DNA of 64,000 bases from Gammaproteobacteria bacterium (GTDB lineage: Bacteria; Pseudomonadota; Gammaproteobacteria; JAGOUN01), in the NCBI GenBank assembly GCA_046290385.1, contig JBKAGM010000005.1, positions 1,539-65,538 on the forward strand, given 5' to 3'. The position numbers and the translations under genes are program-made. Positions 62,069-64,000 of this stretch are shown here, in pieces. Numbering within the stretch: the first letter of the stretch is position 1; each line of letters starts with the position of its first letter. The notes under the pieces were generated by a model, which saw only the letters and a program-made list of their open reading frames with translations, had not been told where the DNA came from and did no database searches.

Positions 62069-63514
62069 TTATGAGCCTCGTGTTTCCATGCGTTTTAAAA
62101 ACTCCGCCATGATTTGCATATAGAGTTCTTCTCCTAAGTAAGCATCTTCAACGCCGTGGTCAATATTAGGATTGTCATTGACCTCTAGGACGTATGCTTG
62201 TCCATTGACTTCTTTAATATCGATTCCGTACAAGCCATTTCCGATGATGTTTGCTGCTTTTAGTGATGCTTTCAGCACGGGTGTTGGAACTTCAAACGTT
62301 GGTAGAGCATCAAAGTCTCCGGAGAAATTACGCTTGCTACCGTGGTTGTATATTTGCCAGTGATTTTTTGCCATATAATATCGACAAGCATATAAAGCAC
62401 GACCGTTCAGTACGCCTATCCGCCAATCAAATTCGGTATAAAGATATTTTTGAGCTAAAACAAGCGCAGATTCTTTCAATAAATTTTCAATTGTTTCTTT
62501 GAGCGTTTCTCGGTTTTCTGCCTTAAATATTCCTTTAGAAAAAGAATTTTCTGGCATCTTTAATATAACAGGATAGTGAATTTCATTCTCGATAAACTGT
62601 AGTGTTTCTTCGGATGCGTTTGAGATAATATGTGATGGAACGCTAGGGACTTTTTTATAGCTAAAAGCATCGTGAAGAAATACTTTATTGCAGCAACGTA
62701 AAATCGCATCAGCTTCATCAATAACAACAATTCCTAGGTTTTCTGCTTCACGAGAGAAATGATATGTGTGATGATTAATGCCTGTTGTTTCTCGGATAAA
62801 AAGCGCATCGAATTGATTGAGACTGTTAAAATTGTTTGCCGTGATAATAGTGCTTTTGATGCCAAGCTTTTCGCCAGCCTTGATAAAGCGATTAATGGCT
62901 CCTTTGTTGCTGGGTGGAAGTTTTTCTTCGTGATTGACCAGAATGGCCATATCCCAACGATATTTTTTATTGCCAATTGTTGATCGCCAACTTTTTTGTG
63001 CATATTCTTTTAACGTTTTTAGACAAAATGTTTTTTGTTCTTCGGTAAGTTGAGATAAAGAAATCCTTTTTATTACGAGCTTGTAGCCGTCAGAGTGTTG
63101 AGAACAGTGGATGTGGAGCAGGGGCGCCATAAACTCATGGTAGACGATGCTGGCAAGTTTTCGATTATGAGTGTTCAGCACTTCTCCCATACAAATCACG
63201 AAAGTTTCATCAGGGCTTTTCTCGGAAGTTTTTTTTGACACAGATGAGATGGGTACAAATAAAGTCCCCTCATCTTTACGTAAGTCGTTGATTGTTTTCA
63301 CTCCAGGCAACACTTGGTGGTTGCGAGCCTCTGCGAGCAAAGAGCAGTAATAGCCTTGGCTGAGATACCAGGAAGTATCGCAAAGATTGATGACACGAAT
63401 TTTTGGTTCATTCAGTTTGGGGTAGTCTTGTAAATATGTATTAAAGCTTATCGATTCTATGCCCGCATCAGCTAATAATTTTTCATCATCAGTAACAAAT
63501 AGTGTGAGAAGCAT
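62069..63514 (-). CDS. RimK-family ATP-grasp ligase with RLAN N-terminal domain
   Basis: INLC...YLSQGYYCSLLAEAR, DALFIRETT, DWRIGVL, GLYGIDIK, EVNDNPN; ATG 63514 preferred over TTG 63526. Confidence 0.88.
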   Translation of the reverse strand: MLLTLFVTDDEKLLADAGIESISFNTYLQDYPKLNEPKIRVINLCDTSWYLSQGYYCSLLAEARNHQVLPGVKTINDLRKDEGTLFVPISSVSKKTSEKSPDETFVICMGEVLNTHNRKLASIVYHEFMAPLLHIHCSQHSDGYKLVIKRISLSQLTEEQKTFCLKTLKEYAQKSWRSTIGNKKYRWDMAILVNHEEKLPPSNKGAINRFIKAGEKLGIKSTIITANNFNSLNQFDALFIRETTGINHHTYHFSREAENLGIVVIDEADAILRCCNKVFLHDAFSYKKVPSVPSHIISNASEETLQFIENEIHYPVILKMPENSFSKGIFKAENRETLKETIENLLKESALVLAQKYLYTEFDWRIGVLNGRALYACRYYMAKNHWQIYNHGSKRNFSGDFDALPTFEVPTPVLKASLKAANIIGNGLYGIDIKEVNGQAYVLEVNDNPNIDHGVEDAYLGEELYMQIMAEFLKRMETRGS

Positions 63515-63758
63515 AAAAGAATCCAAAAGTGAGGAGGTAATTAGGTGTATTGGGTTTTGTCTGCATGTGACTTACCTCGCAAGCTTGCAGTGCTCACTTG
63601 TCTTTTAGCATAGGTCTGTAATCTTGGCAAGATTTATATTTGCGTATAATATAACTTTATTATGTGTTCTTCATGTCAGATTTGCTATGTAAATTCTTCT
63701 AAGAGCTATGCCTACCGCTCGTTGTTGGATGCTGCTTGAGCTGCCTTCGCCTACGGCG

Positions 63759-63790
63759 CGTCATTGCGAGCCCGAAGGGCGAAGCAATCT
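63759..63790 (+). repeat. CGTC-tagged REP-like unit
   Basis: cgtcattgcgagcccgaagggcgaagcaatct. Confidence 0.7.
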
Positions 63791-64000
63791 AGTCGACCTT
63801 GCGTTTTGGAACACAGTTGTTTAGCGAGCGTTGCAAGCTGGATTTATGTCCCCACGAATAAAGTGCTGAATGACATTTATTTTGAAAAAATATTACTCCC
63901 CAGCACCTTCAATATAAGTTACCGAGCCAGGGGCTTGTGGTTTGATTTTTTTGTAATAGGTTGAAGTGAGTTGGTTTGCTTTTTCTAATTCCTTTGGTGA

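Noticed and set aside
869-62983. Numerous short antisense or nested ORFs in the track (e.g. 869-1069, 6738-7148, 9932-10324, 36682-37104, 58333-58731)
   Set aside because: Lie within well-supported genes on the opposite strand or another frame; typical shadow ORFs
63530-63540. Anti-SD-like TACCTCCT resembling the 16S rRNA 3' end
   Set aside because: Isolated short match with no rRNA context

Overview
Bacterial chromosomal window, most likely a Legionellales/Coxiellaceae-like gammaproteobacterium (inferred from protein character, eukaryote-like orphan genes and PmrA/CpxR-like boxes; not proven). The left end has housekeeping genes (gapA, tkt, def-fmt-rsmB-guaC, rpiA, hslUV, gcvH). A ~43 kb surface-polysaccharide region follows in two parts. 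(i) 14.2-35.7 kb is an ABC-transporter (wzm/wzt) locus with manC, gmd, an rmd-type reductase, several GT4 enzymes, methyltransferases, a five-gene module of unknown chemistry (nucleotidyltransferase, GDPD-like, HAD, degenerate nucleotidyltransferase, cupin) and a Gtr-like module whose membrane transferase is split by a 1-nt frameshift. (ii) 41.8-57.7 kb is a Wzx/Wzy locus with wecB, a prenyltransferase-barrel/methyltransferase fusion, wcaJ, rmlACB, two tandem CDP-alcohol phosphotransferases and galE. Between them lie a truncated rhuM, dapB, two effector-like orphans and an isolated hddA-like kinase. The right end has rppH-ptsP, vapBC and a RimK-like ATP-grasp/GNAT pair. Intergenic DNA carries a ~110-bp MITE family (at least 6 copies, one interrupted by an apparent IS 5' remnant), CGTC-tagged REP-like palindromes and a BoxC-like element. 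I saw no rRNA, tRNA, CRISPR array or intact transposase. All family calls come from motif recognition by eye, not database searches.
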